A stretch of DNA of 64,000 nt from Chloroflexota bacterium (lineage in GTDB: Bacteria > Chloroflexota > UBA11872 > VXOZ01). Position 1 is the stretch's first letter. The number at the start of each line of letters is the position of its first letter. Location of the stretch: NCBI GenBank assembly GCA_963662335.2, contig CAXXVD010000003.1, positions 352,001 through 416,000 of the forward strand, given 5' to 3'. Made by a program: the position numbers and the translations under genes. Positions 36,981 through 46,294 of the stretch are shown here, in pieces. Below the pieces are notes generated by a model that saw only the letters and a program-made list of their open reading frames with translations, searched no databases and was not told where the DNA came from.

Positions 36981-38999
36981 TCATTCAGTCAAACCGTCCT
37001 GGCGACGCCAGCGATTGAATGCTTCCTTGAACCTCGGCTCATCTTCCTTCAATGAAATTGCTTGCAAATAGGCTTCCTCGATGTCTGCCTTTGGTTCGCG
37101 AAGCCAAGCAAGCGTTCCGGCAAGATCGAACCAGCACCAGGCCCTGTGAACGCGGTCATCCGTCAACTGAATTGCGCGGCGCAGCAGTTCCGCCGCCTGT
37201 CGATTCAATCTCCCCTTGGTGGGAATGTCGCGGCGCGTTGCGCGAGCCAAGGCAATCTTCGTCTGCGCAAATTCCTGAACCACTTTAGCGTCATCGCTCA
37301 CGTGGGAGTAGACGCTTTCGAAGATGCGATGCGCCTCGCGATAGTCTTGCGCGCGTTTGCTGAGAATGGCCGCTTCGACAAGATCGCCGTAACCGCTTGT
37401 GGTAGGCACGAGGCTCAGCGCTTGTCTCGCTTCTTTTCCGTTTCCCCTATTGAGCATTGCTGCGGCATAGCGCAAGTAAGGCTGTGGCGCCTCCGTCTTC
37501 TCCGTCTCGGACGTGAACTGTCTGAGGGTTGCTGCGGCCAAATCCAGGTCGTCGATTGCGCCGGCGTATTCGATGATCTGCCCGGCTATTGCCCCGGAGC
37601 CTGGCCGGTCTGCGGCAGCGCGGCGGAGTTGTGCGATGGCTTCTTGCCGCGCGCCCGTTGCCCACAAGAGTGCTGCCTCCCTAAGCGCATGAACAACACG
37701 GTAGCGGGGATGCGCAGGCAGCACTACTCTAAAGTACGTACGCCCAGGGTCAAAGTCAAAGCGCGGCTCAGGGGAGCCGCTTTCGCTCATGCGCCGCCGA
37801 ATCTTGGGTAGGCCGGTACCCCTTCCTTCAGCCAGCCGGAGTTCCTTGAGGAGTTCGCCAATTCTACGGTTACGCGCAGGCACGGGCGGCACCACACTGT
37901 CACTCGCAAGGTGCTGCAATTCGACTCCTTGAACCGGGCCCGGATAGCTGACTATCTCCATGCGGTCAGGATACATGTATATCTTTGTTGGCTCGCTGTT
38001 CTCATAAGACCGGTGATATACCGCATTGACCACCGCTTCCTCGATGGCCTCATACGGGAACGTTACCGTCTTGTCGACTTCCGCTTGGCCGGGGACCTTT
38101 TCGAAGAGGACGCCGCCAAGCGAATCAAGGAATGTCAGCGTCTGGCGAATCTGATGATGAAGGGGGCCGCGCATCGTCCTCTCTTCAATGAGGTTCCCGC
38201 CGGCATCATCGGCGAATTGGACTATTTCGATTTTGGCCCCTGGGAAGTGAATGTCTGGGTCGTCGGCAAAGAAGAGTAAGGCAACGTTGCGTGGCGCCTT
38301 ATGGGCGTTCAAAGGGGAGAGCAGCCTCATGCTCGAATATGTTTCAACGCTATCGAAGCGCAGACCTCGGCCCACGATAGCGCTGCCAACGTCGGCAAGA
38401 AATGCTCTCACCAGAGTTTCGGAAATCTCGTCCACTCCTACAGAAAGGCTGCGGCGGTCATCGAAGGGTATCTTTGCTGTCTGCTCGAAGAGTTGCGAAC
38501 GCAGCGCGCCCGTGGCTGCAACGGTTTCCGATCCCTGCCGGACATAGTGCGCTCGGTCCTTCTCCGTCGCGGACTTTGGGGCCTCATACGGACGATTGTC
38601 ACCGCCAGGCGCCCAGATCACCAGAACCGGCCGGTCTTCGTACCATTCAGGAAAGAAGAGCGGCTGATAGGCGGGGTCTATTCTATCGCATTGACCACGA
38701 ATCTCCCTCTGGATCCGGTCGATGCTCGCGCCTTCTATTCCTCTCGGCGGAAGTATCGGTTGGTCGCACTCGTCCGTATCAATTCCAATGACGATGTAGC
38801 CGCCATTCAGATTTAATATGTCATTCGCAAAGGCGCACACCGTACGTACAACGGACGTCTTGGTAACCTTATTCCAGGACGCCTTGAATTCCCGTCGATG
38901 GTCTTCGACAGCTCGTGCATGTATCAGATCGGCCAGAGAAATCGGTAAACCGCCAGCAATCACTGAGGCTCTCTTGCCACCTGTAGGGTGCTTGTCCAT
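36981..38999 (-). CDS. AlbA_2 (Schlafen) DNA/RNA-binding domain plus HATPase_c_4 plus TPR-like C-terminus
   Basis: E...EFKASW, VCAFAND..GGYIVIG, EAVVNAVYHRSY, RNRRI...LRLAEGRGTG, helical repeat tail; lower GC. Confidence 0.85.
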   Translation of the reverse strand: MDKHPTGGKRASVIAGGLPISLADLIHARAVEDHRREFKASWNKVTKTSVVRTVCAFANDILNLNGGYIVIGIDTDECDQPILPPRGIEGASIDRIQREIRGQCDRIDPAYQPLFFPEWYEDRPVLVIWAPGGDNRPYEAPKSATEKDRAHYVRQGSETVAATGALRSQLFEQTAKIPFDDRRSLSVGVDEISETLVRAFLADVGSAIVGRGLRFDSVETYSSMRLLSPLNAHKAPRNVALLFFADDPDIHFPGAKIEIVQFADDAGGNLIEERTMRGPLHHQIRQTLTFLDSLGGVLFEKVPGQAEVDKTVTFPYEAIEEAVVNAVYHRSYENSEPTKIYMYPDRMEIVSYPGPVQGVELQHLASDSVVPPVPARNRRIGELLKELRLAEGRGTGLPKIRRRMSESGSPEPRFDFDPGRTYFRVVLPAHPRYRVVHALREAALLWATGARQEAIAQLRRAAADRPGSGAIAGQIIEYAGAIDDLDLAAATLRQFTSETEKTEAPQPYLRYAAAMLNRGNGKEARQALSLVPTTSGYGDLVEAAILSKRAQDYREAHRIFESVYSHVSDDAKVVQEFAQTKIALARATRRDIPTKGRLNRQAAELLRRAIQLTDDRVHRAWCWFDLAGTLAWLREPKADIEEAYLQAISLKEDEPRFKEAFNRWRRQDGLTE

Positions 39000-39200
39000 A
39001 GTGCCGGTGTGTGGAGCTATGAAGATACTTACGTTTGAAGAATACCACGCATTGCTAAACTACCTAGACCATGCTGGGCTACGCTTGGCCGTGCAGATGC
39101 GCGCCAGATTGCAAGCATCATCGTATAGCAGGGCAGGCTCGCTATGCACGCGCAAAGTCTGTCCGCTGCGGTGCGTGCGAGGCAGAATTGCTGGAGCTAC

Positions 39201-39992
39201 TCACGCCATGCAACTCTTCAGATACGCCGCCGTGGCGGGCAATGACTCTGCCGGGTCGCCGGTGATGCCGCACTCCAGGGCCATGAAGCCCTCGAAGCCG
39301 ATTTCTTGCAACGCGGCAAAGCCGGAATTGAACTCGGTGTGGCCGGTGCCGGGTTGGGTGCGGTTGCTGTCGGCCACGTGGACGTGCTCCACGTATTCCG
39401 CCGCGGCGCGGATGCTGGCCGCGATGTCGGCCTCCTCGATGCTCATGTGGAAGAAGTCGGCCATGAGCCGCACGTTCGGATGGTCCGCCGCCGCGCAGAG
39501 GGCGACGCCATCGGACAGGCTGTTGGCCAGGTGCGTTTCGTAGCGGTTCAGGGGTTCCACCAGGATGAACGTGCCCGCGCGCGCGGCGCTCTCGCCGGCC
39601 TCCCGCAGCAACTCGACGTAGAGGTGGCGCTCCAGTTCCGCGCCGGACTGATAGGGCGAAAGGTCGGGGAAGATCGGCTCGCGCCCCCGCACCGGCACGG
39701 CAATCACGCCCACCAGGCCCAGTTCACCGGCCAGCGCCAGCAAGCCCCGGAAGCGCTCCATGCGCGCGGCGCGGTCTTCTTTGGTCACGCCCAGCAGGTC
39801 GTGCTCCCGCCCGGTGCAGATGGTGCTGGCGCGCACGCTGCTGTGCGCGAGCGCCGCCTTGACTTCCGGCAAGCGCTCCGCCAGGCCGTCGTGCATCAAC
39901 TCCACGCCTTCGTAGCCGAAGCGCTCCAGATTGTCGATCTTCTCCTGGAACGTGTCTCCGGGTACTTTGTTCTCTTGGCAGGCAATCTTCAT
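39201..39992 (-). CDS. Sugar phosphate isomerase/epimerase (xylose isomerase-like TIM barrel)
   Basis: VEPLNRYE, ADFFHM.IEE, HVHVADSNR..PGTG, ALEC; GAGGAG RBS. Confidence 0.9.
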   Translation of the reverse strand: MKIACQENKVPGDTFQEKIDNLERFGYEGVELMHDGLAERLPEVKAALAHSSVRASTICTGREHDLLGVTKEDRAARMERFRGLLALAGELGLVGVIAVPVRGREPIFPDLSPYQSGAELERHLYVELLREAGESAARAGTFILVEPLNRYETHLANSLSDGVALCAAADHPNVRLMADFFHMSIEEADIAASIRAAAEYVEHVHVADSNRTQPGTGHTEFNSGFAALQEIGFEGFMALECGITGDPAESLPATAAYLKSCMA

Positions 39993-40079
39993 GCGACTGG
40001 CACTCCTCTTCTCTGCGGCTTCAGGTTCAAGTCTCTCATGGGGTTCGCTCGTCACTTCCCGCTAGCTTCGCACTCAAGA

Positions 40080-40230
40080 GCGGGGGACAAGCCCCCGCGC
40101 TACGTAAACGCGACAAGCCCCCGCGCTACGTAAACGCGACAAGCCCCCGCGCTACGTAAACGCGGCCGGCCCCGCGCTACGTAAACGCGGCCGGCCCCGC
40201 GCTGCGTAAACGCGACCGGCCCCGCGCTTC
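40080..40230. repeat. Family C REP followed by a decaying 25-26 bp tandem array (CAAGCCCCCGCGCTACGTAAACGCGA)
   Basis: About six units that diverge progressively. Confidence 0.88.
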
Positions 40231-40373
40231 GCTAGTGCGGCGCTTTCGGCGTCCGGCCCCCCGGCACGTAAACGCGGCACTGCTTGAGTCCGCCCCCGCG
40301 CAACGCTAATGAGGCGCTGTTGGCGTCCGGCTCTGCGCTGCGTTTTCTTCAGCCCCAAGGCGGATGTAGCCCT

Positions 40374-41450
40374 TTACGGCACAATCATCACCTTCATACC
40401 CTCGGCGTTGTTGTGCGCGGCTTCGATCGCCTCCGAAAACGCGCTGATGGGGAACGTGTGGCTGATGAGCGGGTCCACGGTCACCTTGCCTTGCAGCAGC
40501 AGGTCCATGGCCAGCGGGTAGGTGTAGGGGCTGAGGTGCGCGCCGTGGATGTTCAACTCCTTGCGGTCGCCGATGATCGTCCAATCGGCTTTCACGTCCT
40601 CGCCAAACACGCTGAACTCGACGAACGTGCCCAGTTTGCGCACCATATCCAGCCCTTGGGTCACGCCGGACGGGTGGCCGGTGGCTTCGATATAGACGTC
40701 GCAGCCGTAGCCGCCGGTGAGGTCGAGCACGGCCTCCTGCGCGCCGGGGTCGGTGGGATCCAGCGTCACGTCCGCGCCGAATTCGGTGGCCAGCGCCCGG
40801 CGTCTGGGGTGCAGGTCGATGCCGATGAGTTTTTCCGGCGCATAGAGCCGCGCCGCCTGCAACATGCAGAGGCCGATGTTGCCGAGACCGGCTACCACCA
40901 CCGTATCGCCGACGCTGATCTCGCCCCGTTCCACCGCGTGGAGCGCACAGCCGAGCGGCTCCACGTAGGCGGCCTGCCGCGCCGTGAGGCCGTCCGGCAC
41001 CTTGTGGACGATGGCGTTGCGCGGCACGCGCACGTGGGTGGCCATGCCGCCGTCGCAGATGCCGCCCTTGAAGCCGAAGATGTAGTTGACCTGGCACATC
41101 CAGTACTGGCCGCGCGTGCAGAAGCGGCAGCGCCAGCAGGGCACGATCTGCTCCACCACGACCAGGTCGCCCTCTTTCAGGCCGTGCCGCTCCGCCGCGG
41201 CCGGGTCGAGCGACTCCACGTACCCGCTGAACTCGTGGCCGGGCACCACCGGCGTAATCACGTAGGGTTTGCGGGTCTCGCTGCCCCAGAAGTGGCCCGC
41301 GCCGTCGTAGCACTTGATGTCGCTGGCGCAGATGCCGCTGGCGGCGATGCGCAGAATCATCGACGCGTCGTCCATGATCGGCATGGGGGCTTCTTCGACG
41401 CGGTAGTCGCCGGGCCCGTGACAGATCACCGCCTCCATTGTCTTCGCCAT
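40374..41450 (-). CDS. eltD: Zinc-dependent polyol dehydrogenase, erythritol/L-threitol dehydrogenase-like
   Basis: GICASD.KC, PGHEF, CxxCxxC...C structural Zn site, GLGNIG, FVEFSVF. Confidence 0.8.
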   Translation of the reverse strand: MAKTMEAVICHGPGDYRVEEAPMPIMDDASMILRIAASGICASDIKCYDGAGHFWGSETRKPYVITPVVPGHEFSGYVESLDPAAAERHGLKEGDLVVVEQIVPCWRCRFCTRGQYWMCQVNYIFGFKGGICDGGMATHVRVPRNAIVHKVPDGLTARQAAYVEPLGCALHAVERGEISVGDTVVVAGLGNIGLCMLQAARLYAPEKLIGIDLHPRRRALATEFGADVTLDPTDPGAQEAVLDLTGGYGCDVYIEATGHPSGVTQGLDMVRKLGTFVEFSVFGEDVKADWTIIGDRKELNIHGAHLSPYTYPLAMDLLLQGKVTVDPLISHTFPISAFSEAIEAAHNNAEGMKVMIVP

Positions 41451-41611
41451 GACTGCGCTTTTCCTGCGTCCGGCTGCTTGCTGGCAACGCGCTCGCCCGC
41501 CGGCATCTCGATAGGCGGCGGCGACGTTCTCAGTATGGTAAGGGATTCGCTACGGTGTCAAGGCGGAACCCCGCGGCACGGCGAGAAACCAAGCGCCATG
41601 CCTGGACCCGG

Positions 41612-42544
41612 TCACGCGCCCGCGCGGTACTCGCGTTCCCGGTCGGGCAGCGTGGTTGGCTTGCCGAGCGCTTCCGCCATGGCGCGGACGTGGTAGGGCG
41701 CCATGCCGCAGCAGCCGCCGATGAACGCGATGCCGATGCTCTGGGCCTCTTTGGCGTATTCCGCCGCGGCGAAGCGCGTCAGCACGCGCGGCTCCACGGT
41801 CGTCCAGAGGCCCGGCACGACGATCTCGCGGTTGTACACCGCGCCGGGTTCCAGTTCGTAGGCCGTGGGCTGCACGCACACCGGCGCATCCACGGCCTTG
41901 CGCACGTGCCGGGCCAGCGGCAAGAGGGTTTGAGGCGGACGGTGGCAGTTCACGCCCACCACGTCGGCGCCCGCGTCCACCAGGCGTTTCGCGCCTGCAG
42001 CCGGTGTCAGGCCGTCCCGCGTCACGTCGTCTTCCTGGTAGGTCAGCGTGACGACGGCAGGGATACCGGCCTGCTTGACGAACGGAATGGCAATGCTGGC
42101 CTCCGCCACCGTGTGGAACGTCTCGACGATGAAGAGATCCACGCCGGCAGACGCCTGCTGGCCGATGCGCCGGTCGAAGAAGGCCGCTACTTCGCGGCGG
42201 TCGGCGGCGCTGAGTTGCGGCCGCCGCTTGCCGAAATACGGGCTGAGCGTGCCGGCCACGTAGCGGTCCGAGCCGGCGGCCTCGCGCGCCAGCGCCACCG
42301 CCGCGCGGTGCAACTCCGCGTCGCGCTCTATTGCGCCCACGCCCCAGGTCATCGCCTGCAAGACCTCGGCCCCGGCCCGGGCGAATTCGCGGTGAAGTTC
42401 CAGGACGCCATCGGGATGGTCGAGCACGGCCAACGGCACGCCGTCCCGATAGCTGCCCAGGCAACGGCGCTCCAGTTCCAAAAAATAGCCGCCGTCGCCC
42501 AGCACCGGCCCCTGCCGCAAACGCTCCAGAAAGTCTTGTGGCAA
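41612..42544 (-). CDS. Homocysteine S-methyltransferase family protein
   Basis: LGDGG..ELERR, GVDLFIVET, GVNC, IGGCCG Zn ligands. Confidence 0.9.
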   Translation of the reverse strand: MPQDFLERLRQGPVLGDGGYFLELERRCLGSYRDGVPLAVLDHPDGVLELHREFARAGAEVLQAMTWGVGAIERDAELHRAAVALAREAAGSDRYVAGTLSPYFGKRRPQLSAADRREVAAFFDRRIGQQASAGVDLFIVETFHTVAEASIAIPFVKQAGIPAVVTLTYQEDDVTRDGLTPAAGAKRLVDAGADVVGVNCHRPPQTLLPLARHVRKAVDAPVCVQPTAYELEPGAVYNREIVVPGLWTTVEPRVLTRFAAAEYAKEAQSIGIAFIGGCCGMAPYHVRAMAEALGKPTTLPDREREYRAGA

Positions 42545-42981
42545 CGCAATACCCCCTCTACCGCAGCGCTCTCGCTTACCCTAGCGTACTCGCTTCCACG
42601 CCAAACGGCTAGCGGGCCGCCCGGGACACGCGCGCCGGTGGGGGAAGCGGCCGCAGCGTGAGACGATTGAAAGACAATACCGAGCGTGATAGGCTTGGCG
42701 GCAGCGCGCCGGCCCGCTTGCGGCTTGGTTGCAAGACGCATGGCACGCGGCCCCGGATAGCGGATGGACGGATTTCCTCTTAGCGGCGCGAATGAGGCCC
42801 ACGTGATCCGTCATTTCCGCGAAAGCGGGAATGACGCGCGCAGTCGCTCTCTACTCGTGACAATTACGGAGTTTGCGGGTGGGATTACTCTCGTGAGAAT
42901 GGTCGTACAGCCAGCCGTTAGCGCCGACCAAGCCGGAGACATCCGCTCTTCTTCTTGGATGGAAGTCGCGCGGTCAAGGCG

Positions 42982-44271
42982 ATGAGAATGCCTGAACCCC
43001 TATTGGCCGCCTTCGCCGAAGTGGACATCACGCCGGCGGTGGAAGTCGCCGTCAACGGCAAGCGCCGGCGGCGCAATTTCACCGTGCACGATCCGCTCAT
43101 GGCGCGGCTTTGCGTGCTGCGGCAGGGGGCGCGGACCGTGGTTGTAGGGGGCATCGACGCGTTCGAACTTGGCCTGGGGTTCGAGGAGCGGGTGTGCGGG
43201 CGCCTGGCGGATACCGGCATCACGAGCGAGGCGCTGCTCTTTTCGCCGTCGCACGTGGGCATGTCGCCCATCTCGCACTACGGCGCGTACATCATCGTCT
43301 TTGCCCAGGACCTTATCATCGCGGACTTCGAAGCCGAGTGCGCGGCGCGCATCGCCGCCGGCATCCGGGAGGCGCTGACGAATCTCACGCCCGTGCGCGT
43401 CGCCGCCGGGGTCGGGCGCGCACCGGGCCTCACGCGCAACCGCCGCTGGCTCACGCCCGACGGCACGGTGGAGATGGTGGGCATAAACGCGAAACCTCCC
43501 ACCACTGCCGGCTGGGCCGAGCAGGGCGTGGACGACGCGGTGCGCGTAATCCGCTTCGATTCCACGGCGGGCGCGCCGCTTGGCGCGCTGGTCAACTTTG
43601 GCTGCCACGCGCTCTGCTCGGACGACCGCTACGGCGACATAACCGCCGACTACCCGCAGCACGTGGCGGCAGTCTTTCGCAAGGCGGCGGGAATCCCGGT
43701 TGTCTTCACCCAAGGCAGCATCGGCGAGCAGATTCCGGTGGAAGCGCAGGGGGCGGATTCCGCCCGTCGCATCGGCCATGCCCTGGGCGCGCGGGCGCTC
43801 TCCGTCTTCGCGCAGATCGCGCACAGCGCGGCCCCGGCGCTGCGCGTTCACTACGGGCAGGCAAACGTGCCGGCGCGGCAGGTGGCGGCGGAACCCGCCG
43901 CGGCGCGGGACGACCTGCGCAACTCCCGCGCCCGCTACCGGCGGTATCTCTACGAACGCTACCACACGCATCCCTTCATTGCGTATCCGCTGCGGGCCGT
44001 CGCGTTCGGAGACGAAATTGCGCTCCTCGCGCTGCCGGGCGAACTCTTCCACGAAACGGTGCTCGCCATTCAGGCGGAGTCGCCGTTCGCGCATACGCTC
44101 GTGCTGAGCCGCGCCTGCCGGGAGGTGGGCTACGCGCCCGCGCCGGCGGCCTTCGCCCAGGGCGGGATGGAGCCCGCGCTGACGTCGCTCACGCCGGCGT
44201 CCGAGCCGGTGATCCGGCGGCGCGCGCTCGATTTGCTCCAGCGGTGCAAGGAGCGCAGCCGGGCGTCGTGA
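42982..44271 (+). CDS. Neutral/alkaline ceramidase-like hydrolase (second paralog)
   Basis: EVDITP, HDPL.AR, NRR, NFGCH, TADYP, LPGELF, GGME. Confidence 0.78.
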   Translation: MRMPEPLLAAFAEVDITPAVEVAVNGKRRRRNFTVHDPLMARLCVLRQGARTVVVGGIDAFELGLGFEERVCGRLADTGITSEALLFSPSHVGMSPISHYGAYIIVFAQDLIIADFEAECAARIAAGIREALTNLTPVRVAAGVGRAPGLTRNRRWLTPDGTVEMVGINAKPPTTAGWAEQGVDDAVRVIRFDSTAGAPLGALVNFGCHALCSDDRYGDITADYPQHVAAVFRKAAGIPVVFTQGSIGEQIPVEAQGADSARRIGHALGARALSVFAQIAHSAAPALRVHYGQANVPARQVAAEPAAARDDLRNSRARYRRYLYERYHTHPFIAYPLRAVAFGDEIALLALPGELFHETVLAIQAESPFAHTLVLSRACREVGYAPAPAAFAQGGMEPALTSLTPASEPVIRRRALDLLQRCKERSRAS

Positions 44272-44319
44272 TGGGCCTGAGCATGGAGTAAGCGGCCGGG
44301 GCGCGCACGGCAAAAGAAC

Positions 44320-44349
44320 GAGGCTGCGGATCAACAGATCCGCAGCCTC
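44320..44349 (-). terminator. Intrinsic terminator of the RRM gene (probably bidirectional)
   Basis: GAGGCTGCGGATC-AACA-GATCCGCAGCCTC with GTTCTTTT tail on the minus strand. Confidence 0.75.
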
Positions 44350-44434
44350 TGCGCCTTCGTGCCCAGTACGGGAACGGGCGATTATTCTTGCGTGTCCCGC
44401 CACGCCGCTCGCGCGGCGCAGCGATTGGCGCCGC

Positions 44435-44719
44435 TTACCAGGAACGGGTGCGATTGAACTCGCGCGGGCGCCGCTCGGCGCGCGGGCGCGCCTGGTTGAC
44501 GTTCAGCGCGCGGCCGCCGTGTTCCTTCTGGTTCAGGGCGCTGATGGCGGCCTCGGCCTCGGCCTGGGAGGGCATCTCCACGAAGCCGAAACCGCGCGAG
44601 CGGCCGGTATCGCGGTCGAGAATGACGGAGGCCGAAGAGACTTCGCCAAACTCCTCGAACAAGACCCGCAGTTCCTCATCGGTCGTCGAATAGGGAAGGT
44701 TCCCTACATAGATATTCAC
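44435..44719 (-). CDS. RRM (RNP-1) RNA-binding protein
   Basis: IYVGNL (RNP2), DRDTGRSRGFGFVEM (RNP1), LNVNQARP. Confidence 0.96.
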   Translation of the reverse strand: MNIYVGNLPYSTTDEELRVLFEEFGEVSSASVILDRDTGRSRGFGFVEMPSQAEAEAAISALNQKEHGGRALNVNQARPRAERRPREFNRTRSW

Positions 44720-45091
44720 AGTCGGTTCCTTTTCTCAGACTGCCGCCTGACGCCGCCGGCCGGCAGACCACATCTCAATACTGCTAACGAAAAAACTCGC
44801 GGTGCACGCGGTGCACCTCATACCCTGCACGGCGTTGCTGGTGCGCTTGCGCATTGGAGAGCGCGGCCCCCTCGTTCTCAGGTAGCCGCAAAAGTTCTCA
44901 GCCATGCGCTAGCAATCGGTCTGCGCGGTAAACACTCCTTTCCCACAAGACGCCTGGGAAGGTAAACGGACACTTAATCCGCAACGGAAGGTCGCAACCG
45001 TAGCAACGAACTGAGGCGAAACTGCAGACGCATACTCTTCGCGTTCAATCCAGCACCCACGCCACACCAGGCAAAAACTCATACCTTATCT

Positions 45092-45119
45092 ACTTTACCA
45101 TCTTCTGCGCGTTTTGCAA
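45092..45119 (-). promoter_or_regulatory. Candidate promoter of the RRM gene (leader of about 365 nt)
   Basis: TTGCAA-N16-TAAAGT with TGn extended -10. Confidence 0.5.
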
Positions 45120-45192
45120 GTGTGAGACTAAGCGGAAACAGCCGGCGGCCTCAGCTTGCCGCGGTGAAAGGGGAATTCGCGCTCACGCGCGC

Positions 45193-46134
45193 CTAATTGC
45201 CAATCGGATCCGTGATATTCCCGAAGAGTTCGTGCACGCGGGCGTAGTCGGCCGGCGGCAGCGTGGGGTCCGCCAGCGCGCGCAGGTTGCGCTGGAAGTG
45301 CTCCAGATTGGCCGTGCCGCTCAGCACCGTGCTCACGGCCGGGTGCATCGCGGTGAACTTGTACGCGGCGTCGGTGAGCGAATCCACGTTGCCGTGGACC
45401 AGCCAATCCAGGGGCCGCCGCTCCGGCACGGCGTCCGCCGCCAGCAGGCCGCGCCGCTTCAGGCCGGCAATCGTCTCTTCCAAACGCTCCGGCACGGCCA
45501 GCACCCGCCGCACCGCGAACATGACGAACACGCCCACGTTCCGCTCCAGGCAGCGCGGGTAGACCAGGCGGTCGGCGCTGTGGTTGAGCAGGTTGTAGCC
45601 CACCATGGCGGTCGCGAAGTGGTCGTCCGCCAGCGCCATTTGCAGCATCTCGTGGGCGCCGTCTTCGCCGTATTGCTCGGTGATGCCGAGCCAGCGGCAC
45701 TTGCCCTGGTCGCGCAGTTTCTCGACTGTGGGCAGCAGGCGTTCCATCACCGTCCGGTAAAGCGATGGGCGCACGCCGTGAAACTGGAGGATTTCGACGG
45801 AGTCCGTCCGCAGGCGGGTCAGGCTGCGCTCCACCGAGGCGACCACGTCCCCCGGCGCGACGACTTCGCCATCCTGTTCCGGCGTGAACTTGGTTGCCAG
45901 GTAGTAGCGATCCCGGGGCACGCCCTGGAGCGCGCGTCCCAGGATGGCCTCGCTCTCGCGGTAGCCCGCGGCGGTATCGAAGATGTTGACGCCGGCGTCC
46001 AGCGCCTGCCGCACCAGGCGGTGTATGTCGGCTTCCGGCACGCCGGACCGTTGGCCGAAGTTGCTCGGCCCGCCGGTGCCGACGCCCAATAACGAGACGC
46101 GCAAGCCGGTGCGGCCCAACGTACGGTAGAGCAC
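45193..46134 (-). CDS. Aldo/keto reductase
   Basis: YRTLGRTGLRVS.LG.G, FDTAAGY..SE..LG.AL, ATK, SLTRL.TD; GAGGGAG RBS before GTG 46134. Confidence 0.92.
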   Translation of the reverse strand: MLYRTLGRTGLRVSLLGVGTGGPSNFGQRSGVPEADIHRLVRQALDAGVNIFDTAAGYRESEAILGRALQGVPRDRYYLATKFTPEQDGEVVAPGDVVASVERSLTRLRTDSVEILQFHGVRPSLYRTVMERLLPTVEKLRDQGKCRWLGITEQYGEDGAHEMLQMALADDHFATAMVGYNLLNHSADRLVYPRCLERNVGVFVMFAVRRVLAVPERLEETIAGLKRRGLLAADAVPERRPLDWLVHGNVDSLTDAAYKFTAMHPAVSTVLSGTANLEHFQRNLRALADPTLPPADYARVHELFGNITDPIGN

Positions 46135-46294
46135 TGAGATTACTCCCTCTCGACAGATTGGCTTTCCAGCAGATATTATACGAGAGAACGGCCTCCGGCC
46201 GCGCTCTTTGGGCAGACCCGGCGGCGGCTGCCTGCGGCCGGCCGAGAGCGACACTGCCGACTTTCACTCGCACACGCATAAGGAGTCTTGCCGC

